Origin: Octopus bimaculoides
Lineage: Eukaryota
DNA length: 64,000 nt
Assembly: GCF_001194135.2 (NCBI RefSeq)
Contig: NC_068982.1
Location: 37,210,466 to 37,274,465 of the forward strand
Reading direction: 5' to 3'
How positions within the stretch are numbered: the stretch's first letter is position 1; every line of letters begins with the position of its first letter. Shown piece after piece: positions 38,560 through 51,815 of the stretch. The notes beneath the pieces are model-generated. The model saw only the letters and a list, made by a program, of their open reading frames with translations. It did no database searches and had not been told where the DNA came from. The position numbers were made by a program, and so were the translations under genes.

Positions 38560-38910
38560 GCAAGCAAGAGGTAGCTTGTACATTATTTATGCATGAAGTA
38601 CAGTAGTAAAGCATGGACACTGAATGCAGAAGTTGGAGAGAAATGAAGCAAGCCTGTTCTGCTGGATGTGTAATGCAAATAAGCTGAGTGATAAAACTCA
38701 TTATTGGAGGAATTAGTTGTAATAAGCAAGAATGAAGACTGCATTGGTACAGGCATATGTCCATGAATGATAACAGATGGATAAAAGAAGCGCCAGGAAA
38801 TCCAACTGGAAGAAACTGTAACAGAGGAAGCCTAAAGAAGATACACATAGATCTGGTAAAAGCTGAGCTCAAGATTTTGGATCTTACAAGGAATGCAGCA
38901 AATGGAAAGA
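38560..38910 (+). mobile_element. Decayed RTE ORF C-terminus
   Basis: RLHWYRHMS..DNRWIKE..G..NRGSLKK..DLVKAEL, the equivalent of the GRPRKTW region. Confidence 0.5.
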
Positions 38911-41028
38911 ACCCATTCAAACATGGAAATGCAGTTGTAAAATTGGTGATGATGATATATATAGGCATTTGTCCCTAGTTGATAATTTAACATATATTAC
39001 AATCATTAGCAAATGCACAACTATTAGTAATAATTTCTATAATCATATCTTTTACTCTGCAATTCAGCTCCTATTTATCATTTATGTCCATGTGTTAAAG
39101 GAGAGTGAGATGGTTTATGACTGAAAGAGTACGATTGTGAAGACAAGCAGCTGAAATGGGACTTCTCCAAAGGATCTCCAGAGTAATGTTACTTGACAGG
39201 GTGCATAGCTCAGAGATCAGGGAGTTTCTTCTGGTCAAGCCACTGTTTCTCCACATTGAGAGGTCACAACTCTGCTACTAAAGATATGTGATTAGAATGC
39301 TGCAGGAAAGGATCACAAGACAAATTTTTCAGCCCAACCCAACTAGCAGGAGACCCAGAAGTAAAATGGTTGGATAATATCCATAGTCTTAGTTGGTCAT
39401 ACTAAGACTGCAGTTGGAAAGTTTAATAATGGTTGTTTCTGACTGGACCCTAAGGAAGGAGATGCTTAAGAACTCTACCCTAATGACCCTTCTAGGAATA
39501 GTGAGTTGCAAAAGTGACTGGATTTGTGCATTAAAAATTAGTTAAGATGGTTTAACATGAATGTTTAATACTTTAAGATTTTCAAGTTCTAGTAACTGTA
39601 GAAACCATGTATGATATCAAGTATACAAATATGACAATTACTCAGAATTTTATTTTATCAATTGAAACTAATTGAATTCCTATTTATTTGACTTATCTCA
39701 TTGATTGAAATATATGCTCTTGCTTAAATTTTTGTGAATTTTGTTAGCAGTCAATGATTTTATAATAATGAAGTGAATTCTTATTGATTCATGATAAATG
39801 ATTTGATTTTCTTTCATAAAATTCAATCATTTTAAAATAAGTTTAGATAAGAGTTATTCAAATTATTAGATAAAATTGCCTGTGAATTTATAACATGTCT
39901 TATATGTAGAGTTGGTTTTTTGTTTTGACTCATTGAAAGGTATCACATTTGAATATTATACTGAAGGGATTTTGTGAAAAGTCAAATAAATAAAAAAGAA
40001 AATTGTACTGGATGATAATTAGCCACCAAAATGTTTCTCTGTCATGATAATTGAGTGCTTAGAACTACTCTAGCTAATTTGAGAAATAATGTCCCAGACT
40101 AAAGTGCTCATAGTAGAATCTATAAAAGAACTAACTTGATTTCCAAAGAGAATAATCCTGAACATTGAAAAATATTTAGATTCTTTCTATATAACGCAGG
40201 AAATGAAAAATAAATTCGATTTTAAGTTGGAAAGAAGTTTAAAATGAATAATTCCTATATTCAGAAAGGTTTAGTGTGAATATGAATCAATTTGAAATGA
40301 TAAACAGTTGTTATGTGTCATAATATGAACTTAGTAATATTCTCATTTAACATAAGAAACCTGTGTCCTTTTGATACATAGAAAAGAAATTTTAGTGACA
40401 ATGCTAGTGTAATCTATGTGCACTGTTCCATTCAAGTAGAAAAGCTGTTTGAAATTTATATTAGTTTCTTTTTCTATGTATTTATTTATTGATGTAAAAG
40501 TTATTCTTAAACAAGAAAATATTTTGAGAAGGTTTATGCATTTATTAAGATCTGGATCAAGAGTAAAAGACCATAATAATTTACATGTTGCATTTTCTAT
40601 TGTGTAAGAGGAGGATAAAAAGATGCAAAGTGAAGATACAAACTGACAAAGTGTTAGAAAACTGATATTTAAATTATCCTGATTTCTTACTCAATTTTAG
40701 TAAAAAGCAGAAATTTTTGAGACATACCTTTTCTGTGATCTGTTTCCAAGGTAATTATAAAAGGAAATAGCCTACAACTGAAAAAAAAAACTTATTCTGT
40801 TTCCAAATAAGATTAAAATTGTTTTTTTTTTTTTTAAATGAACAGATTTTTAATCATTGTATCTGTTGTTTGAATGAAATTGGATCTTCTTTCATACTAA
40901 AACTAATTTAGTCATCATCTGTTTAGACTACTTATTATTCGATACACTTTTTTCTCTGCTCTTCACATTCTCACCCTTGCCTTATATTTCAGTAGCCTTA
41001 CTATTATTTTTTTTCTTTTGTTTCTCAG

Positions 41029-41218
41029 ATTGACTAACAAGTGGCAAACTCTTCAATCTAACCGCAACTCTATGCAACAGTTACATCATGCTCTAGATTG
41101 CTTTCTTAATTGGATGGCTGTGGTGGAGAACAGCTACTGTCAGCTAGCAGATCATACAAGCAAAGAGGAAGTGTTGGAAAATGATGATTTATGTCGAGAA
41201 TATTTAGAACAGTTTAGG
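41029..41218 (+). CDS. DMD: Dystrophin exon equivalent to human exon 55 (190 nt, phase 2 to 0): (K)LTNKWQTLQSNRNSMQQLHHALDCFLNWMAVVENSYCQLADHTSKEEVLENDDLCREYLEQFR
   Basis: Long pyrimidine tract, tttctcag|A ... AGG|gtaagt. Matches LEKFLAWLTEAETTANVLQDATRKERLLED; same length as human exon 55. Confidence 0.95.
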
Positions 41219-44200
41219 GTAAGTGACATTTTGCTCATTTCATCTTAAGTTAACAAATTTCCTCATTATGTCCTGTTGTATGAATTCCCTGATAAACTTA
41301 TTAAAAATATATTTAACTCCCAAGTGTTTGAAATGTATGTAAAGACAGACAATATATTAGTTTACTAAACTAGTATACAGTTTAGAATATCCTGTATTTC
41401 TTTGCATGGAATTATATCAGGAAGTAATGAAACCCTTTTTGACCTCATACCTTTGTGTATAAGTTGATTTTATCAACTTTAGGAGTGTGTAATTTTTTTT
41501 TTTTTTTTTCTTAAAATCATGTTCCCAACATATTGAAATTTATTGGGTGATGGGATCTCTTTACCAAGTTCATATTGAACAGTAAAGGCAACATATAAAA
41601 TCAAAATTACTTGCATTTTGTGGAAATTATTTTACAATGATGTTGGAAAATTATTTTATTCAACTGGAAATCACTGCATATAATACATCTTGTGCATTAT
41701 TTATAAGTTTCAGCTGAAAATTCTAGAAAAATCAATCACTTCATGTGATTTCATTATTTATTTCATGCTTGTTCTCACTGAGAAAAAAATTATATAACAT
41801 TGCTGTTTATAACTTCAAAACTGTTTGCCAAAATTTTTTGTCACATATTTAGAAGTTGGAAAATATGCCTCCTCTCTCCCTTCCAGCCTCATTATCTATT
41901 TGAAAAGAGCTAAAGAAGGGAAAGTAAAGAATATGTCATATAATTAACTATACTACTTTTGATCATTTTGTTTTTTTATTGATCCACATCTACATGAAAT
42001 GGATTTATTCACTCGTCAACTTTGGTTCAGTAACATTTTATCCCAATTCAATCATGTCCTTTTTGGATTTATATTTCAAATGCCATAGTTTGAGAATTAA
42101 TGATTCCAGCTAACTTGTGGCATATAGGCAGCTAATGGACTACTTTTGAGTAATTCACAAATTCAACATTCAATATTTAATTTTACATTTCCACCATCAA
42201 TATGCTCATAAATTTTGACAAAATTCAAATGCTAACCACTAGTGAACATTACACTGCATATGTTAATAGAGAAGTTGATTTATTGATAAATATATTTGTA
42301 ATTCTTAAATATACATGCAATAAGTGATATCTCTCTGAAATAACATTTGATACCCAATTTCAGCTAAGTAGATTAGAATTATAAAGGATTACTACCATGT
42401 TTTAAAATGTAACGTCATTAAGAGGATACAAATTGTGATCCATAAATTAACACTAAAATATTAACCACTCAGCTATTGTTATTCTTTCTCTACATTATCA
42501 TAATTAAAACCCTTTATACATGATAAATTATATGGTTTCTATTAGATGTATACACAAAAGATGATGCTGAATGCACTATCCCAATGTATGATGCAATATT
42601 TTATCTGGCATAAGTGCATCCATATAGAAAAAGAAATGACTTGTAATTGTGACTAAGTGCCACAATTAGAACTTCTCTCTCAAAAAATATAAAATTAAGT
42701 ATAGCAAGTTATATTTTCTACCATTTTGACTTGTGTAACATGAACCAAAATGGATATAGTTGAGTCACACATGAATGAAATATTTCAAAAACAAACAAAA
42801 CTAAGATGGAAGTTATACAAAGCAACAACAAAGACTATCTGATACTTTCACAATGTATCATTGTTATTGTAAATATACATTCATTTATTTGAATATTAGT
42901 ACTTTCTGTAGTTTGCTACACAAGACATAGCGTAAGCCCAATATTCAACATGAGCTTTAAAATCATGGTAATATATTACCTCTGTGTAATCAGCCAAATC
43001 TTTCAAAAAGGCAAAAGCAAGTTGAACATGACTATGAAATATTATGCATTAGTTGGTGTAGTGTCTTTGTTTTGATTGTTGCATTCACTACATTTTGGCT
43101 GTGTACATAATATTAAAATAATATTAAAATCCTGAGTTCAAGTATAGTTGTGATTCTGAGTTTGATCCTACATAACCTTGTGAGCAGAATTTGGTGGAGA
43201 GAAATTGTCTAGAATCTCATCTTGTGTGTGTGTGTGTTTTCCTGAGGTATATCTGCAAGGATATAAACATTGGCAAGAAACCAATGCTTTGTGAAGAAAT
43301 TGTCTCAAGATATATGTTCTGTATTAAACACTTTCTTGTGACTCTTATTGTCAGGAATGCAATGAACTGATGATTGGCCTGTTATAAACTTGTTCCTAAA
43401 TTACAATATAAAACAATTAATTAAGTCGGAATTCTAAGGAAAGCATTTGAAAGAAACCAAAATCTTACCACCACCATTTATTCTTGCCTCCAAAAAACTT
43501 GCTTTGAAAACAACCAAACGAGAATCCACAAGACAAACAATTATTGTCTTACCAAAAACAACTATTGCCTTACCAAAAATACACTGTAGAACAGGCTTTA
43601 TCAACATATCTGTTCATTGAATATCATCAATCCAAACAGAACACTTCATCTCTGCCCAGTTTATTTTAGGAAACACTGACAATCACATGGAACACTAAAC
43701 AAACAAAGCAAACTAATCTCTATCTCTAGACATAACCACAAGTTCCTCATCCTCATAATCTGAGAAATGTCACTCTGCAGAAATTTTAGTGGTGATCGAT
43801 ATTTTTTTATAATTTTAAATTGATGGATGATTTTGAGATTTCAAGTGAATCTTTATAAATTTTACAGATACAGTCTTTATTAATTGACTCTAAAATATGT
43901 TTACTCATGATGGAGTACTTTTTTTTTTATATTTTCATATTAGAAAACATACCCAGATTTGACCATTTGACAAATATATACAAACTGTATGAATAACTTA
44001 ATTATTAATAACTTATAAATTTCATTTACCAAAATAATGAACATGTGTAGCTAACTTAATTAATATCTTATTTTTATGTTAAAATTCAAAATTAATGCTG
44101 TTCATGTGGAAAATAAAATACGAAATTTCAATATCATTGATTTTGTTTGAGGTTATTATTAGTGCTTTAATGTGACAAGAAATCTATAGGAAAAGTGGCT

Positions 44201-45254
44201 ATTATTTGCCTAGAACAGAAAATTTTATTTGCTTTACTTGTCTGCCATTTAAAAAGTAACATTGTTTACTCATTGTTGTTATACAAATTCTATTGTTATT
44301 TTAAGATACATTTACTAGTATTATTTCATTTTAGACTTTCAAGAAATAGAAAAACTCCACTTGGTTGTTTCTGAAAGAATAATTAAGGCTATGTTTAGAG
44401 TTTTGTTGGGTTTTTTTTATGTAAAAGAACATTAATGTTAGGATAGAAAAGAGCATACATGAGATTAATGGTTGCAAAAGGGGTTTGAAAAGAGAAAAGA
44501 AAACAAAAATATATACATATTAATTTCCTCAACGCAAATCAAGCAACATTTTTGTTTATGAATAAACTTTACTTATTCACATAATAAAGGTTTTCTAAAT
44601 ATTCTTTGTTTAAGGCAAGTTTTAGTAACTCTCACATCATTTGTCTATTTACAAAATAATAGTTAAGGTAGCGTTATCATAGTTAATACAGAGAGCATAA
44701 AAGAACTGACTAGGACTAACTATTCAAAAATCTTAAAGCTTTGTAAGTAGGATGGATTAGATATAATTTATATATTTCATACAACCTAAAACTCATAAGA
44801 TTTAGTGATGCAGATATAACAATATCCCAAAATGGTTCATCAAACATAGCGATGCTTTCTTTGTAAAAGACTACTGATCATTACTCATTTGGTAAATTCA
44901 GCTGTTTTTCAGTTGACATACCCAAGAGTTATTCAAGCATGTGTTCATTATGTTCTGCTACTTAACTAATGGTATTTAAATTCAAAAACCTAATAACATT
45001 TATAAATAATGTTTCATTTTACTTTATAAGAATAAGTAAGACTTAAAATGCATTTATATAAAATGCCAGAAATGCAGAAAATCATATAAGCTTTTTTTAC
45101 TTTCATCATTCCTATTACATTATTGAGATTATTGCATCTTTGGTTTTAAGAGTTAAATATACTTCATTTCTTTCTAGTTTCAGTATTTCATCCCCTGCTC
45201 CCCACTTTTTTTTTTCTGATTATGCTTTAAGGTTTATAAATGGCTATTTAGTTG

Positions 45255-45530
45255 AGAAATTTACTTCCCAACCATATGATTTTGGTGTTAGTCCCACTAC
45301 ATGAAACTTTGTCTTCTATTAAAGCCCTGAGCTGACCAAAGCTTTGTTAGTGGATTTGGTAGACAGAAAATTCCTTGTCTTAACTTTTCATTACAGTTGT
45401 GAATGAGCATCACTATCATGCAAAAACTATTATTTGTTTCCAGTCTCCCATGAAAACATGACTGGTCTTAGGGAAATAGTATCTTGCTTGGCAACAGGTG
45501 AGGTTTGGTGACAGGAAAAGCACCAAGCCA
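45255..45530 (+). mobile_element. SINE copy (6.5-kb family)
   Basis: gaccaaagctttgttagtggatttggtagacagaaa, gttgtgaatgagcatc and cttgcttggcaacaggtgagg blocks. Confidence 0.5.
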
Positions 45531-45653
45531 TAGAAATGTAGACTTTAAAAAAATGATGATGTTTCCTGGTCAGTATTTCTGTTACATTGTCTTATACAAT
45601 TCAAACGATTTAAAGAAATCCAAAGTAGTTTTTTTTAGCAATAGTAGAGAGGG

Positions 45654-45688
<35 letters not shown>

Positions 45689-48344
45689 GAGAGAGAAAGA
45701 GTGTTTAACAAAACAATTACACCATAATACAACCATTTGTCTATTTTCAAATGAATAACAATGTTTTTAGATGTTCACTAAAATTCTCATTAGGAATAAT
45801 ACCTCTATTTTATTTTCTTATGAAAGTTGATAAATGGATGTTAATTTGTCTAGGCGGACAAGGTTTAACTTTTTGTTGTTCTTTTTATTGTATACAACAT
45901 TTGGTTACTTCTGGGGTTTGGGTTTTTTTTATGTATATTTTGGAAAGCTGAATGTCAAACAAGTGTTAGACTTGGTATGTTGGTTTTTACATGTAATTAT
46001 AAAACAGACGCTGTTTGTTATGTCAGAAATCACTAAACAGTATCTTATTCATTACTGAGCAGAAAATGAAATTAATCTTAATGTGATTAGTTGACAATCT
46101 TGTTAAGTAATTGCATTTCCTAAGTTTAAGTTACATAATCAAATTGATTAACTCATAGGTTTGTAAAAAGTAGGGCTTTTTTTATATTTTATTTTGGAAA
46201 CATTTAAATCCATAATGAATTTCTTTTACATTATATTTTTATTCACATTTCCCCTGCCCTCCTTATGACATTCACACACACACATACACTAGTACATGTT
46301 TTTTTTTCTTAATTTTATTTTGCTTCTTAGTATTCATCAGAAACTTCCTGAAAAAAAATATTTTAGAAATTTTCTATCATCATCATCTTTGATAGTCTTT
46401 ATCATCATCAATTCAAACATTCTCAGTACATGGAAATGTCAATATGTAAAACTAAATATTGTAGTTGTAGCATAGATAATCTTTCATAAAATGGTCTCTC
46501 TCTATTCCATCATAAGATCAAAGACCTAAATTACCTTGTCACAAATAATATCATCAAGTATGACACATTGCCTGATGAAGTCATCTCTGCTTATTGCTTT
46601 CCATTGGATTTGAATCATTATACTCTTGTGTATAAAATAGTCCATCCAGGGAATGTCGATAGGATCTAGTGAAGACATGAGATTTGTTTTTCATTATTTT
46701 AATGAAGCTGATATTGTGTCAGTCATTTTTTAAGATTTTGTGATAATGATAATGTTTTTTTTAACATAACTTTACAGTGTGTATATGTATGTTTCTAAAA
46801 AAGTTCATGTATATTTTAAAATGAACAACAATAATGTTTTTAAATGTTCACCAAAATAGACAATACAGAATATTTATTTCATTTTGCCAGTCTTTTACTA
46901 TTGTGACCCATTTACACAAATCAATAATCTTCTGCATTTTTAAAAATATATTCCAGTGGGGCACATAACACTTACCTTCCTTAGGGAAAAATTCTGCAAT
47001 AAATGTTGTTTTTAACTTAGTGTAAAACATATTTATAAACATTTTACTTTTCTTTTTCTATTTTTTTCTTGCTTCATATATTTCAGAAGTCAAGCATATT
47101 GTCTCAGTGACCCTTTCAAAATTACACTGTGGTCCCATAATTTAGGAAATACTACTTTATTAGCTCACTTTAAATTTCACTGCAATTGACTTTGCCAAAA
47201 GCAAGTTCTAGGTGTTGGTATTTATGAACCAATGTTGGAAGCTTAACATAGTTATTCAACTTGATAGAAATGGCAGTCAAATTTCTTTTAAATTACACTT
47301 CGTTTTTAAGAAAAAAACAGGACATAACAAGGAAAAATAGGTATTAAATGATAATGATGATAAGTTTAGGTAGTTTGACATAAAACTATGTGTGAAAACA
47401 TGGAATGGTTATGGCTAAATTAGCTCTGATCATAGGTATACATGATCGTGGTTTATCTTGAACATAAACACATCATTCTTTTGTAAGTGTATGTGTGTGT
47501 GTGTGTATATATACAAAATGTTTCACTTAGACATAGTAATAACCTGGTATTAGAACTCAGTATACATATGCTTCAGAATAAAATGTTAGTTGTAAGCTAA
47601 TAAAGTTCATTGCATAATTTTCTGTTCTTTTGCCATTGTTTAACTTCATATGTATAGACAAATCCAAGAGCAAAAAACAGAAAAATAAAACAAAATTCAA
47701 CTGGATGTACACAGTGAATATATCAGATTGATGCTCTGTAAAACTTTTAGATTGAATAATTGGAGAGAAGAACATGGATATAACTTGCTACTGCAGTTAA
47801 GCTCCAGGTTCGGTGGTTATACGAATAAGGGGTCCAACGTAGGTCATATATCAGTGTGTGAATATAAGGATTTACTTTCTGTAATGAGATAAAAATCCAA
47901 GTCTGTGAGAAGATGATTAAGCAATAGTTAGTTTAGTTAAAATAGGAAATAGAGAGTGAATGTAAGGATATTGTATTTGTAGATCCACTGTTTAGGCAAA
48001 ATGGTAAACATATAAAATTCCAATACCTTGTGAGTAAAATCCACTTGTTTTTAAGATTGGTCGATGCCTTTGTAAATCCAATATTAAGATTCCAATACAC
48101 AATGAGTAAAGTCCGACAGTCTTTGGAATTGGTCATTCCAAATATAGAGTTTATACACAGTGTTATTGAATCAAGGGTTCTGTTTATATATATATATGTT
48201 TATATATTCGTTTTGCAAGATTTTTGATGTGAAATCCTGTGTTGAAACAGATATTGTTGCATTTGGGGATGGTCATGTTGCCAGTTTAGCCAATAAAAAC
48301 ACACGCTCTATATATTTGGTGTTACTTTGCTTCAGCTTTATTTT

Positions 48345-48510
48345 ACATTAATCCTATTTCGGCCAGAGTTCTTTCGTCAGACTTTTGTGACCTCATCAGT
48401 GGTCCTTTGCTTTCTTCTTTCTTATTTGTGTGTCTTTCCTTACTAACGATCAGCCATTTTGCCAAAACCTCTTTCTAGCATATTGGATGTCCACTTAGTG
48501 GTCATCCCTT
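48345..48510 (-). mobile_element. Possible Penelope-like pLTR relic with a hammerhead-like core
   Basis: Minus strand reads ...CTGATGA GGTCA....TGGCC GAAA TAG; stems I/III do not close. Confidence 0.3.
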
Positions 48511-49312
48511 CTTATATGCATGTAATACAATTTTTCTGAATTTTCAGATTTTTTATATGCTAGGCCACTGGTTTTAAATTGATGTTAATTAAATTAATAT
48601 ACAATTTATCATGCTCAGTATATAAATATTAATTTAAATAATTATGTTCTCTAGCCAGCAACATATACTGTAGTGAATTATCCTCTGCAGAACTGTTTCC
48701 GGAATTTAGCATGCCAGAGCTGAGACATTTGAAAATAACCCCAATGTAATCGGTAGAACTGTACGCACGTCAAATTTTATGAAGACAATTCGTGTATAGT
48801 TCTGCAAATTATATTGAATTTAGAACGATTGTACTGATGAACCACGGACGTTTTTACATAAGTAAAAAAGTTGATGGGGAAACCGGTACACGATTAATTC
48901 TTTATTTTGTATAANNNNNNNNNNNNNNNNNNNNNNNNNNNNNNNNNNNNNNNNNNNNNNNNNNNNNNNNNNNNNNNNNNNNNNNNNNNNNNNNNNNNNN
49001 NNNNNNNNNNNNNNNNNNNNNNNNNNNNNNNNNNNNNNNNNNNNNNNNNNNNNNNNNNNNNNNNNNNNNNNNNNNNNNNNNNNNNNNNNNNNNNNNNNNN
49101 NNNNNNNNNNNNNNNNNNNNNNNNNNNNNNNNNNNNNNNNNNNNNNNNNNNNNNNNNNNNNNNNNNNNNNNNNNNNNNNNNNNNNNNNNNNNNNNNNNNN
49201 NNNNNNNNNNNNNNNNNNNNNNNNNNNNNNNNNNNNNNNNNNNNNNNNNNNNNNNNNNNNNNNNNNNNNNNNNNNNNNNNNNNNNNNNNNNNNNNNNNNN
49301 NNNNNNNNNNNN

Positions 49313-49348
<36 letters not shown>

Positions 49349-49470
49349 TTTTTTTTTATTTATTTATTTATGTGTTTCAAGTTTAGGTACCAGAATTTAG
49401 CACTTACTCAGCATTACCTGAAATCCTTGGGTCTAATTGATGCCACTATCGCTCATAACCTATATATCTA

Positions 49471-50671
49471 TATATCAGGTCATTAAGAATGAAATGTATG
49501 ATTTTCTTATGCACTACGTTTGACAGTCATTAACTCTAGTATTTTATCATGGCAATTCTTTGTTTTACAAAATTGAAGAGTGACATCATCACTGCTAAAT
49601 GCTATTCATGGTATCTGATTATATTGTGAGTTTTCTTTTGTAAATCAATTTTTGGGAACCCATGTGTAGATTCAAAATTCTTGTTTATGAATATGAGTTC
49701 CACTGTGGAACTAATGCATCCGAGACAGCCTGAAACATCAATGAAGTGTTTGGTGAAGATGTGGTGAATGAGTGCACTGTACATTGATGATTTGAGAAGT
49801 TCCAGTCTGGTGACTTTACTCCTGAAAATCAACCTCACAGTACACCTGAAACCAAGGTGGATAATAATGGGCTGGAAACTGTTGTAGAAGTGGATACATC
49901 TCAAACTACACATGAGTTAGCAGCAAGGTTTGATGTTTCGATTCCAACCATATTGGACCATCTGAAACAAATCAGCAAGGTAAAGAAGCTGAACTAGTGG
50001 GTACCGCATGAAGTGAACAAGCATCAAATGATATGTCATCTTGAAATTTGCTGTTCTTTGCCATCATGGCATAATAGTGAACCATTTTTGTTTCGTATTT
50101 TCAACAATAGCAAGCATTCTGCACGATGGCTGGATAGAGATGAAGTGCCAAAACACAATCCAAAAACAGAATATTCACCAAAAAAAGCTAATGGTGTCTG
50201 TTTGGGGGTCCAGCACTGGTGTCATCCACTATAGCCTCATGTGACCTGGTACAGCAGATGTATGCATCAACTAATTGGATGAAATGATGAGTGAACTTGA
50301 AATTAAACAACCAAGATTGGTTAATAGAGACAGGCCAATTCTCTTGCAAGTCAATGCTCGGCCACATGTTGCACAAAGAATGCTACTCTGTCTTCCATAT
50401 TCACCAGACCTTGCAGCAACTGAATATCACGTTTTCCAGGCATTAGACAACTTTTTGCAAGTAAAAAACTTCAAATCTGAAGAAGATGCAAAACCAGCCT
50501 TTCGTGATTTCATCACTTCTTCTCCAGAATTCTTTTGCTGCCAGCATAAATAAGCTACCAATAAAATAGCAAAATCGTGTTGATAATTTAGGTGCATACT
50601 TTGATTAACTGCATTGCTTTTTTGTTGAGATAAAGTAAAATACACCTTTAAGTTCAAAATCAAACATTTCA
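49471..50671 (+). mobile_element. Second copy of the 28.7-kb mariner family, inactive, right TIR truncated
   Basis: Left TIR tatatcaggtcattaagaatgaaatgt; colinear with the reverse complement of 28680-29962; WVPHEV and YSPDLAATEYHVFQALDNFL motifs; homology ends at ..catttca 50671. Confidence 0.9.
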
Positions 50672-50890
50672 CACGTAAAAAGCACTCTCCAAAAGTGGCC
50701 GATGCCAGTGCCCACTGACTGACTCCCTTGTTGGTGACACATAAAAAGGAGCACTATCCGACCGTGATCAATGCCAGGCCCGCCTGACTAGCTCCTCTGC
50801 TGGTGGCATGTGAAAAGCACCCACCACACTCAGAGTGGTTGGCATTAGGAAGGGCATCCAGCTGTAGAAACATTGCCAGATCAGATCCAC
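50672..50890 (+). mobile_element. RTE 3' UTR fragment abutting the truncated mariner TIR
   Basis: Homologous to 8296-8420 (aaaagcacccac..cactcagagtggttggcattag..gaaacattgccagatcagat). Confidence 0.6.
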
Positions 50891-50894
50891 TTTA

Positions 50895-51320
50895 AGTGAG
50901 CAGTACTTCTTTATGCAACTATCCTCATTCATATGCATCACAAGTCAGTCTAAACCAGCAGTTTTCTCTCTTGCATGCTACATCTGATTCTTCTTATGCC
51001 TGAATTGTCTCTCAATACATTTGCATTTTGTTGTACATGCACAGAGAAATTGTACATCCACAAGAGCATACCATTTTCATTTCTCTCAAGTCTTTGCATG
51101 TCCTCCACATTCAGGGTCCATGCCTCACTACCATGTAGCATTGTTGTTCATTCACAAGCCACATACAATCTTCCTTCCACTTTGAAAACACCTGTTGCTA
51201 ACAGATGTAATAGTTCTCAGAACTTTCTTCATCCTATTCTTATTCTAGCATCTATACTTTAAGAACATTCTCTTCTGCTAACCAGGTCACCTTGGTAACA
51301 AAAACTATCTACTACTTCTA
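50895..51320 (-). mobile_element. RTE ORF C-terminal fragment
   Basis: MLHGSEAWTLNVEDMQRLERNE..MLLWM, preceded by sequence equivalent to the DSF.YLGD segment. Confidence 0.75.
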
Positions 51321-51429
51321 GGCAGCCTCCAGATTGTACAAAAAAATTTATTTGCCATGTGTCCCAAGTGTTTATTGCTCTTGCATATTTTCTACATACA
51401 AAGACTACTTTTACTGTTAACTTTCCTGC

Positions 51430-51815
51430 GATTCCACTGCACCTCTTATGTGTCCATAGCTACCATTGGATGCAGTGTATGGAGTTCCTCTCTCTGTCAC
51501 CTTAGGCAAGTGTCTTGTATAGCCCTGAGCCAATCAAAAGCCTGTGAGTGGATTTACTTGATGGAAAATAAAGGAAGCATGGTGTGTGTGTGTGCGTGCG
51601 CACGCACGTGTGCATGTGTCCGCCTCACATCTCATACTAGTAAATGAGTGTCACTTTCACACAAGCAGTATTATTCATTTCCAGTGTTCTGGAAAATACG
51701 GGGAAATATTACCTTGCTTGGAAACAGGTGAGGACTGGTGGCAGGGAAGGCATTTGACCATAGAAAATCTTCAATAAACTCTGAAGCATGCAAACATCGA
51801 AAACTGGACATTGAA
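51430..51815 (+). mobile_element. SINE copy (6.5-kb family)
   Basis: caccttaggcaagtgtcttg..agccctgagccaatcaaaagcctgtgagtggattt and ccttgcttggaaacaggtgagg blocks. Confidence 0.55.

Larger units (their letters stand above)
3753..41218 (+). other. DMD: Partial dystrophin/utrophin-family gene: 11 coding exons of the central rod (about spectrin repeats R16/17-R21/22, including hinge 3); gene continues beyond both window ends
   Basis: Eleven GT-AG exons splice in compatible phases into a stop-free 1870-nt frame. The translation has spectrin-repeat Trp spacing and follows dystrophin/utrophin motifs in order (EQWRQFHCDL, ELENGIRSHQ, DWLAL...IGNISDI, EYSTEDTR, FLNWM). Confidence 0.96.

Noticed and set aside
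47990-48125. Two degenerate repeat units of about 75 bp on the minus strand (DFTH.VLE..WIYK-like)
   Set aside because: Interrupted by stops, no splice signals and no family I recognise.
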